Notes: generated from the sequence alone by a model not told the origin. Shown: positions 48,842 to 57,662, counted from the first letter of the stretch. The stretch: 64,000 nt of DNA from an uncultured Gammaproteobacteria bacterium (GCA_964391315.1 CAYMJR010000003.1:64542-128541); one strand, 5' to 3'. Numbers and translations: made by a program.

Positions 48842-49531
48842 TTGCAAAATGTTTCTGTTTCTAAAGATACACTTAGTCGGTGGTGTAAAGATATACAGTT
48901 AACAGAGAACCAGAAACAGAGGTTAATTAAAAATAAACAATTTGGACAAAAGAAAGGGTCATTGATAGCTGCTGAAAATAAGAGAAATAAAAGATTAAAC
49001 GCAATTACTGAAATCTATCGAAAAGCAAAGGATGATATTGGTGATCTTACTAAGAGAGATATGTTTTTAGTTGGTATTGCGCTCTATGCCGGAGAAGGTT
49101 ACAAGATGGATGGAAAAATCGGATTTACAAACGCTGATCCTAAAATAATATCATTTATGATGAACTGGTTCCTAGTTTTCGGAAAGATTCCTTTAGGGAA
49201 AGTTCGGGGTGCATTATGGTTGCATGAAGGATTAGACGAACAAAAAGCCAAGAAGTTTTGGTCAGAGCAAACAAGGATCCCTCTGGGGCAATTTCATAAG
49301 ACGTATATATCAAAAAATAAAGTAACAAGTAAAAAAATCCGAAAGAATATTCATGAGTATGGAATCTTTTCAATTCGTATTTCTGAAACTCAGCTCCATA
49401 GAAAAATAATGGGGTGGATTTATGCTACTTTAGATGATAAAATAACGAGTATATTCCGCGATAGCTCAATGGTAGAGCAAGAAGCTGTGTTAGCAGCGCT
49501 CGATAGAAATATCGAGATGAAAAGTGGGTGA
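48842..49531 (+). CDS. LAGLIDADG-type homing-endonuclease-like protein, apparently frameshifted near its 5' end
   Basis: FLVGIALYAGEGYKMDGKIGFTNADPKIISFMMNWF resembles a single LAGLIDADG motif plus its following strand. An HTH-like segment is split between frames: ATG 48765 gives MGYYGKLPQKTLAQKLRKKGLSYQEF (stop at 48900-02), and the 48842 frame continues NVSVSKDTLSRWCKDIQL. The last ~25 codons run through the tRNA-Asn 5' exon into the intron. Confidence 0.5.
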   Translation: MQNVSVSKDTLSRWCKDIQLTENQKQRLIKNKQFGQKKGSLIAAENKRNKRLNAITEIYRKAKDDIGDLTKRDMFLVGIALYAGEGYKMDGKIGFTNADPKIISFMMNWFLVFGKIPLGKVRGALWLHEGLDEQKAKKFWSEQTRIPLGQFHKTYISKNKVTSKKIRKNIHEYGIFSIRISETQLHRKIMGWIYATLDDKITSIFRDSSMVEQEAVLAALDRNIEMKSG

Positions 49532-49709
49532 ATTCAGGAGACATCTCGAAGGATAATCCTGAGCCAAGTCAGATACCGAATGGTATCTGGAAGGTGCAGA
49601 GACTAGGTGAGTACACCGTTAAGCGCCCACCACCTAAACCGAAAGGCATGGTGATGAGATAGTCCATTAAGTAACTTCGAGGTTCTAGGTTCGAGTCCTA
49701 GTCGCGGAG
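49455..49709 (+). tRNA. tRNA-Asn (GUU) interrupted by a 183-nt intron in the anticodon loop
   Basis: 5' exon 49455-49488: TCCGCGA TA GCTC AATGGTA GAGC A AGAAG CTGT. 3' exon 49672-49709: TAA CTTCG AGGTT CTAGG TTCGAGT CCTAG TCGCGGA G. Joined, the loop is CTGTTAA (anticodon GTT). U1-A72 and G73 as in E. coli tRNA-Asn. No encoded CCA. Confidence 0.88.
49489..49671 (+). mobile_element. ORF-less group I intron (IC3-like core)
   Basis: The 5' exon ends in U. P1 forms between exon GCTGT (49484-88) and guide GCAGC (49493-97), with a U-G wobble at the splice site. P2 hairpin CTCGATA-GAAA-TATCGAG (49499-49516). Core strings GAGCCAAG (49561), GAAGGTGCAGAGACTAG (49590-49606) and CCCACCACCTAA (49626-49637) resemble the Azoarcus tRNA-Ile intron core as I recall it. 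The last intron base is G (49671). Confidence 0.8.
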
Positions 49710-49838
49710 CACCGAAAGTTAGCCTCAAATCGGCTTGTTTCGTAGCCTCGATTTTTGTTTGACCTAAGTAGGATTCGAACCAAAATTATAGAACTTCAAT
49801 AAATTGGAACTCAAAATATTTCCCCACAAAGTAAGAAA

Positions 49839-51191
49839 TTAGAGGTGTCCTACGCAAGTGTTACCATCATTATTACTGTTTGTTCCGTCAGGACAGGTCG
49901 TATTTGACCAAGAAACTCCAGTAAGTGTCGTGCCGCTCAGATTAGCTTGCGTGAGATTTGCTCCAGTGAAGTTTACATTAGTAAGATTAGTATTTGAAAG
50001 ATTGGCTTTGGTTAAATCTGCATTAGTGAAATTAGATCCGGAAAGATTAGAGCCTGAAAAATTAGCTTGTGTTAAGGTAGCATTTGAAAAGTTAACATTT
50101 TGAAATTGAGCATTAGTGCCATTGACCTTAGTTAAGTCTTGGTTGCTAAAGTTAGCACCGTTGTAATTTGTATGTGAAAGATTTGCCTGAACAAGTCCGC
50201 CAGATGGGATAACTGCAATGACAGCTTGAGATGATCCTGTTAAGTTATTGTTATTAGTAACTAATAATTGCAGTGTGTATGATCCTAATGTGGTATAAGT
50301 GTGAGTATTCGTTACTGATCCTGAACCGTTGCTTTCTGTAACAGTCCCCGTGGAGGTATTAGTATCTCCCCACTTCCATAATACTGTGTCAGGAGCATCG
50401 CCTAGCATGAATGATGCTGAAAAGGTTGTTGATGTATTAATTTTTATTGGAGTAGGAGTCAAATTGATTGTGCCAACGCTTGGGGCAACATCATTAACGA
50501 TTACTGTTGCTGTTCCAGTTCCGATAGCTCCCTGATTGTCAGTTACTTTAACCGTAACAGTATAAGTGCCTTCATCAGTATATTGATGGCTTAAAGAGAA
50601 ATTCTGACCTGAAAGAGAAAGGTTTTGGATCCCTGATCCATCGCCATAATCGACTTTTGCCGTCCAGCTCGTTGAGTCTGAGTCAGTGAATGATCCGGAT
50701 GCAGTATAGGTACTACCCTCGTTTATGGTGGAGTTAGGAATTGAGTTGACAGTGGGTGGTTGGTTAGTTGGACAGGTACCTGTCCAAGGAATTATTTGAG
50801 ATTGTGTTAAAAATTCATCATTAACATCATACAATTCGAAATGTGCTTGGGTTGCTCCACAATCAGAAGGCATTCCTTGATTCGGATCAGTATATAAATT
50901 GTAGATAGTGCAGTGACTTGAAGTACAATTTATATTTCCAGCGAAGTTTCGATTTGTAGTCCAATAGTCCTGTTCACTGATATTTACAATATCGAAAATC
51001 TCAGGACAAAATCCATTACAAAATGTTGAGATATCCTGTGTAAGATCGATATTAGTATCAAAGTCTAATTGTCCAGTTGTAGGATTCCAGGACACATTAC
51101 TTGCGGTAAAACTAGAGTAAGCAAAAGAAGGAGCGGCAGTAAGTAAACCTACGAATATAAAGAATAAAAGTGTTAAAAATATTTTCCTCAT
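49839..51191 (-). CDS. secreted protein: two PKD-like domains + C-terminal pentapeptide repeats
   Basis: ORF track starts at GTG 51206; ATG 51191 gives the signal peptide MRKIFLTLLFFIFVGLLTAAPSFA. PKD-like VDYGDGSG...HQYTDEGTYTVTVKVTDNQG and WKWGDT...HTYTTLGSYTLQLLVTNNN. The tail ANFSNQDLTKVNGTNAQFQNVNFSNATLTQANFSGSNLSGSNFTNADLTKANLSNTNLTNVNFTGANLTQANLSG is a pentapeptide repeat. Confidence 0.75.
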   Translation of the reverse strand: MRKIFLTLLFFIFVGLLTAAPSFAYSSFTASNVSWNPTTGQLDFDTNIDLTQDISTFCNGFCPEIFDIVNISEQDYWTTNRNFAGNINCTSSHCTIYNLYTDPNQGMPSDCGATQAHFELYDVNDEFLTQSQIIPWTGTCPTNQPPTVNSIPNSTINEGSTYTASGSFTDSDSTSWTAKVDYGDGSGIQNLSLSGQNFSLSHQYTDEGTYTVTVKVTDNQGAIGTGTATVIVNDVAPSVGTINLTPTPIKINTSTTFSASFMLGDAPDTVLWKWGDTNTSTGTVTESNGSGSVTNTHTYTTLGSYTLQLLVTNNNNLTGSSQAVIAVIPSGGLVQANLSHTNYNGANFSNQDLTKVNGTNAQFQNVNFSNATLTQANFSGSNLSGSNFTNADLTKANLSNTNLTNVNFTGANLTQANLSGTTLTGVSWSNTTCPDGTNSNNDGNTCVGHL

Positions 51192-51293
51192 TATTTTACT
51201 AACCACTAAATATTTTAATCTTCCTCATTTATACCATACTAATATTAATCAATGTCAAGTAAAAGAAATGTCGTATTGCGGTGCTATGATCCA

Positions 51294-53096
51294 TTATTGA
51301 CAGTACATTTTGTAATCGGCAAGATATGGTTCAATCGTAGGATCAGATTGAGTATTAGTTGGGTTGTATCCGGATAGTCCTAATATGTTGCGTATTGTAG
51401 TACAATCCTTTGGATTTAATTCATTTATTCTTTGAAAAACTCTAAGCTCAGACTTTTTCCAATTCATAAAGTACAGAAAATGTGCCAAATTATACAGACT
51501 GTTGAACGTTTGGTATGTGGGTAGCCGAAATGTAGCATCGGTCATTGCATACTGTTGAATAATTTTTTCGTTCTGTGAGATATTTTTTATAAATATAACG
51601 GTAGTATCATCAAGGTAAACTAATTTCCATTCTTTACTAGTATTCATCAAGTATTGTAAAAGACCGACTTGATTTGGAAGGCCATTGGTGTATCCAAATA
51701 TTAAGGTATTGAAATGATAATGATTGTCACCAGCTTGAAATCCCTTTAAACTGCTTTCCATCGGAATATAGACATTTCGAAAGAAGGAGGCAGGATATGC
51801 TTCAGGCCTTGTGTCCACAAAGAATTTCTCTTTAGGATACACTCTATAGGCAAAATAACTCCCAATATTATAATTGTTATATATGGGACCAGTGAGTTTA
51901 TTGTCAAGAAAAAAATTAACCCCATTTTCATAGCCATGAGTAGCTCCTAATCCTAGTCCACCTAGTTGACTAAATGTCCATAGGGAAAGAGCTGTTGCTA
52001 TTACCGGAAAACCAAGTAGTACAATATTACGAAGATTCTTGTTAGAAAGAAAACGATATTTTTCAAAAAGCGAATTAAAAATAAAAGTAACGGGGATAAA
52101 TGTTACAAAGACAAATATACCAAGATCCCTGATTGCTATGGCTGCGCCAATTATTGTCATAATTGAGATCAATGCATCAATTGGGCGAATCTTTTTATAG
52201 TTAACGATTATTACTAAAACAAGTAAGATTGTTGCTACAATAAATACTTGGACGTTTAAAGATTGCCCAAGTTGGGATATGCCATTGATATTTTGAAAAA
52301 TATTTGCATTTTCCGCTAATGAAAAGCCAGAATTTTGAGCGAAGGTAAGTGGGAAAAGAGTTAAGAGTAAACCTGCCAGGCCAAAAGGATTAACAAGGGA
52401 AACAAGTACAGTGGAAATAAGTACTATCAGTAACATTTTAAGATATTTACCCTCATACTTTTTCCGAAATAATAACACGGCTTCGAAGAGAAAAAGTCCT
52501 ATGAGGAGAATACCGATAATGAAGTAAAGATGCATATTTACCCAGATAAGCTCGAGTGGGATTAACAACCAAATGAGGTTTGTATATTTCTCTCTGAAGT
52601 TATACAGTATGACGACAAAGGTTGCTACGAAAAGGTAACTAAATACTTCCGGTAAAACTGCAGAACGTTGGGTTAATATGACTAGATAACAAGCTGCAAG
52701 AATTGAAACAAGAATGTTATTGTTACGTTTGGCTGTAAAAGTATAAAGGATGGTTACTGAAAATAAGGCAACGGCTGTGGTTAAAAGAATTAATCCGTTG
52801 ATACCTAAAAATGAAAATACGAAATATGATAGTATCTCATACAACCACTCAAGATCAACAGTAGGGTAAGAGGGATTTGTATAGGAAAAAGTATTAGTTG
52901 TAAGTACCGTATGGGATTGAACCATATAGTGACCTCTTAATAGATGGCCTCCTAAGTCTACAAATAATTCTTGTGTGGGGTGAATATAGTCGCTAAAGAA
53001 AATTAATAGAAGAAAAAGTGGCAAGATGATTTTATAGTATCTACTGAAGTATTGACGCATCATAAGTATATAACGAATAATTACTATACCGATCAT
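51294..53096 (-). CDS. large polytopic membrane protein with C-terminal soluble domain (GT-C-like glycosyltransferase?)
   Basis: 600 aa. ~12 hydrophobic spans in the first ~400 aa, then a ~200-aa hydrophilic domain. The architecture resembles the ArnT/PMT/YfhO class, but no diagnostic motif was identified. Confidence 0.35.
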   Translation of the reverse strand: MIGIVIIRYILMMRQYFSRYYKIILPLFLLLIFFSDYIHPTQELFVDLGGHLLRGHYMVQSHTVLTTNTFSYTNPSYPTVDLEWLYEILSYFVFSFLGINGLILLTTAVALFSVTILYTFTAKRNNNILVSILAACYLVILTQRSAVLPEVFSYLFVATFVVILYNFREKYTNLIWLLIPLELIWVNMHLYFIIGILLIGLFLFEAVLLFRKKYEGKYLKMLLIVLISTVLVSLVNPFGLAGLLLTLFPLTFAQNSGFSLAENANIFQNINGISQLGQSLNVQVFIVATILLVLVIIVNYKKIRPIDALISIMTIIGAAIAIRDLGIFVFVTFIPVTFIFNSLFEKYRFLSNKNLRNIVLLGFPVIATALSLWTFSQLGGLGLGATHGYENGVNFFLDNKLTGPIYNNYNIGSYFAYRVYPKEKFFVDTRPEAYPASFFRNVYIPMESSLKGFQAGDNHYHFNTLIFGYTNGLPNQVGLLQYLMNTSKEWKLVYLDDTTVIFIKNISQNEKIIQQYAMTDATFRLPTYQTFNSLYNLAHFLYFMNWKKSELRVFQRINELNPKDCTTIRNILGLSGYNPTNTQSDPTIEPYLADYKMYCQ

Positions 53097-53378
53097 ACAA
53101 TTTCTATATCTTCATTGTAAAGAATTTTGCTATAATCCCTCATTTGGCTGTCTTGGTTGTAAGCTAACGCGCTAAATCTTGCATTTATTGGCCAAGAATT
53201 GTTTATTTCCCTTGTGGTAATTATTTAATAGTGGAAGATTAAGCTTTGAATACAAAATTTTGAAGTCATCAAGCGAGTGGTCAAATTCTAGTTCCCGGTT
53301 GATGAATAAGTCCTTGAGGGGGAGCTCATGAATTTAGCTGTTGAACTTTTTATCCATTAGTGATATTGTGATGACCTA

Positions 53379-53879
53379 ATGAATAAAAATGTTTTAGTTA
53401 TATTTATTCTGATACTCATTGTCGCTTGTTTAGCAGAAGGATTTTTTGTATTTAAAGAGAGACAAGAAAAAATAGTATTAGGACTACAACTAGCTTCAGT
53501 TCAACAAAAATCAATGAAGCCATCAATGCAATTAGGTAAACGTCCTGCACCAATGATGGTCATGAAAGGACAAAAATTTGCAGATACTCCTCTTTTTTCA
53601 AAAGCCTATCTTATCTTTCCAACAAATGGGTCTTTAAGTAGTGATGCTCAAAAAGCTACAACTGGATGGGATATAAAAACAACTTTAAATGCTGATGGTT
53701 CAACACAAGTTGACCTCATCCCAAAAGAGGCAGAGGATGTCAAACAATCCTTCACAGTAAAATCTGGTTATAAATTGTATTTTATAGAGATGACTCTTGT
53801 TGATGATCAAACGGGAGTAGATGAGAATAGAGGAGATGATATAGGAGTATTAGTTAATCAAGATGGTATCGTTCAATAA
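53379..53879 (+). CDS. hypothetical N-terminally anchored protein
   Basis: 166-aa ORF with an N-terminal TM (VLVIFILILIVACLAEGFFVF). No family recognised. Confidence 0.5.
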   Translation: MNKNVLVIFILILIVACLAEGFFVFKERQEKIVLGLQLASVQQKSMKPSMQLGKRPAPMMVMKGQKFADTPLFSKAYLIFPTNGSLSSDAQKATTGWDIKTTLNADGSTQVDLIPKEAEDVKQSFTVKSGYKLYFIEMTLVDDQTGVDENRGDDIGVLVNQDGIVQ

Positions 53880-54009
53880 ATAATTTCTAACACCCTCTAT
53901 TTCTAGGAGCCCTAAAAAAGAACTGGATCAAACTTTTCCTCAGTTTCCATAAAATGCGTTCGAAGTGTGGAAACATCAGGGAGCAAGACTGGATGAGTAG
54001 TCCTCTTTG

Positions 54010-55014
54010 CTATTTTGCCGGTGAGAGACGAATGGCGGGAACTTTCTTTCTGAATTCTTCATAAATACCAATAATAGAACGATGATTGAGTGGAAATTCT
54101 AAAAGTACATGCAATAAGCTCAAGAAATAGAGAGCGAAAAGTCCCGTTTTGTAGTTAACAATATATAGCACAACTGAGGCTATCCATAAGACAATGATGG
54201 CGGTCAAGCGTTGTTTTGAAATGTCATCCCAATGAATGATCTTTGTTTTTGAAAACCAATTGAGATAATGGTAGGTATAGGCAAAGGCAATAAAGCGCAT
54301 GATACTTAAGCCTGCTGGTGATTCATAAATTGCTTTTTGTATATCGGGATTATGAATATTGACTAAACTCATTATTTGTAAATTGACTGATGCAAATGAG
54401 TCGTAGGCACTTTTTATGTAATCATTGACGGTAAAGGTGTTGATATTGACAGTAACTAAGAAAAGTGAGACAAAACACAAAGCAAAAACGACCAGGGAAA
54501 GAATACCAAATCTACTTTTACTTTTTAATGCTCCAAAAAGAATAAAACACGCAGTAAACACAAATACATGAATAATTGTCGGCAATAATATTGCAAAAAT
54601 CGCAAACGAGAGTTGATTGTGTTTAATGAGCAGAGAACAGAGAAAGATGATGCCCATTAAGATGTATCTTAAGCGATTATTGTTTACCGCTACCATCACA
54701 AACGCGCTGAAAAAAGCGAAAAACATCAAGCTCGTGCTGATATCCATCACCAGTGAAGTATCATAAAAAGAAAAAAGAAAAAGGAGTGAACAAATCACGA
54801 GAAAAAAGAGTAATCCATATTTAACACTTATAAAATAGCGTTTATTATGCAGCCAGGAGATTTCAGTGAGATAGTGCAAGGGGCCAAATACCGCATAGGA
54901 AAAAAGGAAAAGGGCAAAGGGAAGAAAGTATGCTAATACTGCAGAGACAATCATGCAGAGAATATTAATAAGATCGACTTTTTCTGTTGGTGTTACTACC
55001 GACAAGGATTTCAT
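54010..55014 (-). CDS. hypothetical polytopic membrane protein (~9 TMs)
   Basis: ORF track extends to 55167 and overlaps the divergent MFS gene. ATG 55014 (MKSLSVVTPTEK...) is preferred. The rest is almost entirely hydrophobic helices. Confidence 0.5.
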   Translation of the reverse strand: MKSLSVVTPTEKVDLINILCMIVSAVLAYFLPFALFLFSYAVFGPLHYLTEISWLHNKRYFISVKYGLLFFLVICSLLFLFSFYDTSLVMDISTSLMFFAFFSAFVMVAVNNNRLRYILMGIIFLCSLLIKHNQLSFAIFAILLPTIIHVFVFTACFILFGALKSKSRFGILSLVVFALCFVSLFLVTVNINTFTVNDYIKSAYDSFASVNLQIMSLVNIHNPDIQKAIYESPAGLSIMRFIAFAYTYHYLNWFSKTKIIHWDDISKQRLTAIIVLWIASVVLYIVNYKTGLFALYFLSLLHVLLEFPLNHRSIIGIYEEFRKKVPAIRLSPAK

Positions 55015-55158
55015 GTAATGAAGAGTTTGCTGTTCTAGCTTAACAAAGTTATTGTGTAAAATAAAGTACACAGTGCATTGTGATGCAAAACTTATTGTTG
55101 TAGAATAGAAGAGCGTTTCTGCTTCTGGTTTACCACCTCTCAGTTCGTTCAAACTTTT

Positions 55159-56442
55159 ATGGATCATATTCGGAAATTTGGGAACAATACATTTGCATCA
55201 TTACATGTCCGCAACTACCGGTTGTATTTTATTGGGCAGGCAATCTCACAATCCGGAACATGGATGCAGACTATTGCACAGGGGTTGTTAGTTCTTAAGC
55301 TTACGAACTCTGGCACCATGCTTGGTATTATTATTGCGTTACAGTTTTTGCCTATTCTCCTTTTTGGTCCGATTGGTGGAGTGATTGCTGATCGATTTCC
55401 AAAACGGAAAATTTTGTACTGCACACAAAGTGCAGCCGGTGCTTTAGCAGTAATTTTGGGTATTTTGGTCTGGACGCAGCTTGTGCAAGTCTGGATGGTA
55501 GGTGTTTTGGCATTTTGTTTGGGGCTTGTGAATATGGTGGATAATCCGACTCGTCAAACGTTTCTTCCGGAGATGGTCGGCAAAGAGACACTTTTTAATG
55601 CTGTTACTATTAATTCTTGGGAGGTTAACCTTACACGGCTTATTGGTCCATCTCTTGCAGGAATCGTTGCAGCAACTATTGGTTTGACTGCCTGTTTTTT
55701 GTTAAATGGTATTTCGTATATTGCTGTTCTCATTGTCTTATCTCTGATGACAACAGAAGATCTCTTTCCTGCTCCACGATCCAAAAAGGTATCAGGACAG
55801 TTGAAAGAAGGATTGGCCTACATTAGAGGTAATTCTGTCCTTCGTAATACTTTAGTGATGCTTGCATTGGTTGGGACATTTACGTACGAATTTCCGGTTA
55901 TTCTCCCGCTTCTTGCAGAATTTACCTTTCATAATCTCAAGTTTGGTTATGCGGCACTTACTGCAGCAATGGGATTTGGCGCTGTTGTTGGAGGATTGTT
56001 TGTTGCAAGCAGAAAGAAAAATTCTCCGAGGCAGCTTATTGTAGCAACAAGTATTTTCAGTATCGCTATGTTTCTTGTCGCGATCTCTCCAACACTTCCT
56101 GTTGCAATAATAGCAATGATGCTTGTAGGTGCTGCATCAATTAATTTTACGTCGTTAGGTAATATTACCTTACAACTTGAGAGTTTGCCGGAAATGCGAG
56201 GGAGAGTAATGTCTTTCTGGACAATTGGATTTTTGGGAACAACACCGATTGGAGGACCGATTATTGGATGGATTGGAGAGCATATCGGACCACGGTGGGG
56301 GTTGGGAGTTGGAGGACTCGCTGCTCTTATTGCAGCAGTATTGGGAATGTTGACGCTTACGTCGATAAAATTGCAGAATATTCCAAAACAAGTGGAAGCA
56401 CGAGATAAAACAACAGAGATACGCCAGAGCGCGAGAGTATAG
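55159..56442 (+). CDS. MFS transporter (MFS_3/EntS-like)
   Basis: FASLHVRNYRLYFIGQAISQSGTWMQTIAQGLLVL is the typical N-terminus of this MFS subfamily. 12 predicted TMs. GGVIADRFPKRKIL is the loop 2-3 motif. Confidence 0.8.
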   Translation: MDHIRKFGNNTFASLHVRNYRLYFIGQAISQSGTWMQTIAQGLLVLKLTNSGTMLGIIIALQFLPILLFGPIGGVIADRFPKRKILYCTQSAAGALAVILGILVWTQLVQVWMVGVLAFCLGLVNMVDNPTRQTFLPEMVGKETLFNAVTINSWEVNLTRLIGPSLAGIVAATIGLTACFLLNGISYIAVLIVLSLMTTEDLFPAPRSKKVSGQLKEGLAYIRGNSVLRNTLVMLALVGTFTYEFPVILPLLAEFTFHNLKFGYAALTAAMGFGAVVGGLFVASRKKNSPRQLIVATSIFSIAMFLVAISPTLPVAIIAMMLVGAASINFTSLGNITLQLESLPEMRGRVMSFWTIGFLGTTPIGGPIIGWIGEHIGPRWGLGVGGLAALIAAVLGMLTLTSIKLQNIPKQVEARDKTTEIRQSARV

Positions 56443-56445
56443 AAT

Positions 56446-56471
56446 AAAAAGCCGTTTGCAACCGGCTTTCT
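56446..56471. terminator. bidirectional intrinsic terminator-like hairpin between convergent genes
   Basis: AAAGCCG (56448-54), an 8-nt loop, then CGGCTTT (56463-69), flanked by an A-run and a T-rich run. Lies between the MFS stop (56442) and the small-gene stop (56483). Confidence 0.5.
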
Positions 56472-56482
56472 ATCTCAATTTA

Positions 56483-56641
56483 CTATCCAAAAAAGACAGT
56501 TTTGATAACAACGACTATTCCGATAAGGGTCCAAAAGAAAATACTCAAGCCAATTGGTGATTCCCAACTGTACCATTTACTCATACCTTCAAGAGATTTA
56601 ATTTTTGCTAAATGCTCAAAATGTTTATCATCTACACTCAT
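56483..56641 (-). CDS. small membrane protein (52 aa) with strong SD
   Basis: ATG 56641 is preceded on the minus strand by AAGGAGGTG with a 6-nt spacer. C-terminal TM IGLSIFFWTLIGIVVVIKTVFF. Confidence 0.6.
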   Translation of the reverse strand: MSVDDKHFEHLAKIKSLEGMSKWYSWESPIGLSIFFWTLIGIVVVIKTVFFG

Positions 56642-56654
56642 ATCATTCACCTCC

Positions 56655-57164
56655 TTAAATATCCAAATATTCAACTGGATTCTCGTCTTTTTTAAAGGAG
56701 TTTTCTACTATTTCATATAACGATGTTGGCAGTTTTGCTTTTAACTCAGCTGCATTTTTACCAACAAAAAGCTCGGATTTTTTAACATTAATCAAATAAT
56801 CACCACTTGATTGCCAGAGTGTCGGATTGGTAAGAAGGGTTGCTTTTGCAACTGTTTGAAGAAGGACCGCAACACTCCCTTTTTGGGTTTTATACATTTG
56901 TGCTTCTAGCCACCAGACTTCGTCATCAGAGAAGCCTGACCATTTTCCAAGGGAATAACCGATGAAGCGTTTCTCTTGTTGAGCATGTTCTTTACCGACT
57001 TTGACGGAAATTTCTTTCATACCTTTTTCTTTTTCCTTATTCCTTGCGATAAACTCGCGAAGTGCGCGTGAGATGACGGAGGAGAGTGCTTCTCCTGCAA
57101 TAGCTTTTGCTTCTTCAAAAAGATTTTCGTCTTTTTCGCTGACATAAATAGTTTTGTTCGGCAT
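56655..57164 (-). CDS. EXLDI-family-like protein
   Basis: ORF track starts at 57221; ATG 57164 (MPNKTIYVSEKDENLFEEAK...) is preferred. The protein ends ...NPVEYLDI, matching the C-terminal E-x-L-D-I motif that names the EXLDI family (recollection). Confidence 0.5.
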   Translation of the reverse strand: MPNKTIYVSEKDENLFEEAKAIAGEALSSVISRALREFIARNKEKEKGMKEISVKVGKEHAQQEKRFIGYSLGKWSGFSDDEVWWLEAQMYKTQKGSVAVLLQTVAKATLLTNPTLWQSSGDYLINVKKSELFVGKNAAELKAKLPTSLYEIVENSFKKDENPVEYLDI

Positions 57165-57250
57165 ATATACGTATAGTATACATATATGTATATGATTTGT
57201 CAAGATGAGGTTTTGTTGCAAACGTACTATATAAAGAGTAGACTTAAATT

Positions 57251-57640
57251 ATGAGAATACATTGGAAGAATGCTTGGGCTGTTTTTGCAGGATTTGCAAC
57301 GGTTTTTATTTTATCCGTAATAACAGATGCTATCTTGGAATCTCTCCACATTTTCCCTCCTGCCACTGAACCTGCTACATATACACAATGGATGCTTCTT
57401 ATTGCTCTTATTTATAGAACTGTGTTTGCAGTCGTTGGAGGTTATGTAACTGCTAAACTTGCACCGAAAAATCCCATGAAACACGCAAAAGTGCTGGCAG
57501 TGATTGGTACGGTTGCAGCGACGCTTGGTCTATTGGCAAATCTTGATAAAGGCAATATTTGGTATCCATTGCTTCTTGCTCTTCTTTCTTATCCAAGTGT
57601 TTGGTATGGCGGCAAACTGGCAACAAAAAAGAAGAAGTAA
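57251..57640 (+). CDS. hypothetical 4-TM membrane protein
   Basis: 129-aa ORF with four hydrophobic spans and a K-rich C-terminus. Confidence 0.5.
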   Translation: MRIHWKNAWAVFAGFATVFILSVITDAILESLHIFPPATEPATYTQWMLLIALIYRTVFAVVGGYVTAKLAPKNPMKHAKVLAVIGTVAATLGLLANLDKGNIWYPLLLALLSYPSVWYGGKLATKKKK

Positions 57641-57662
57641 TTTGCTATACTGTTAACTCCCG

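Noticed and set aside
49755-49795. tRNA-like fragment GTAGGATTCGAACCAAAA downstream of tRNA-Asn. It could be a minus-strand T-arm, or an att-site duplicate of an integrative element.
   Set aside because: A 5-bp T-stem or acceptor stem cannot be formed around it. It does not match the 3' end of tRNA-Asn, so it is not a direct-repeat att site.
53097-53378. The 282-bp spacer with TGCTATAAT (53131-53139) as a possible sRNA or micro-ORF locus.
   Set aside because: It has only a -10-like element. There is no terminator, no convincing hairpin series, and only very short ORFs (for example MNLAVELFIH). That is not enough to support a feature.
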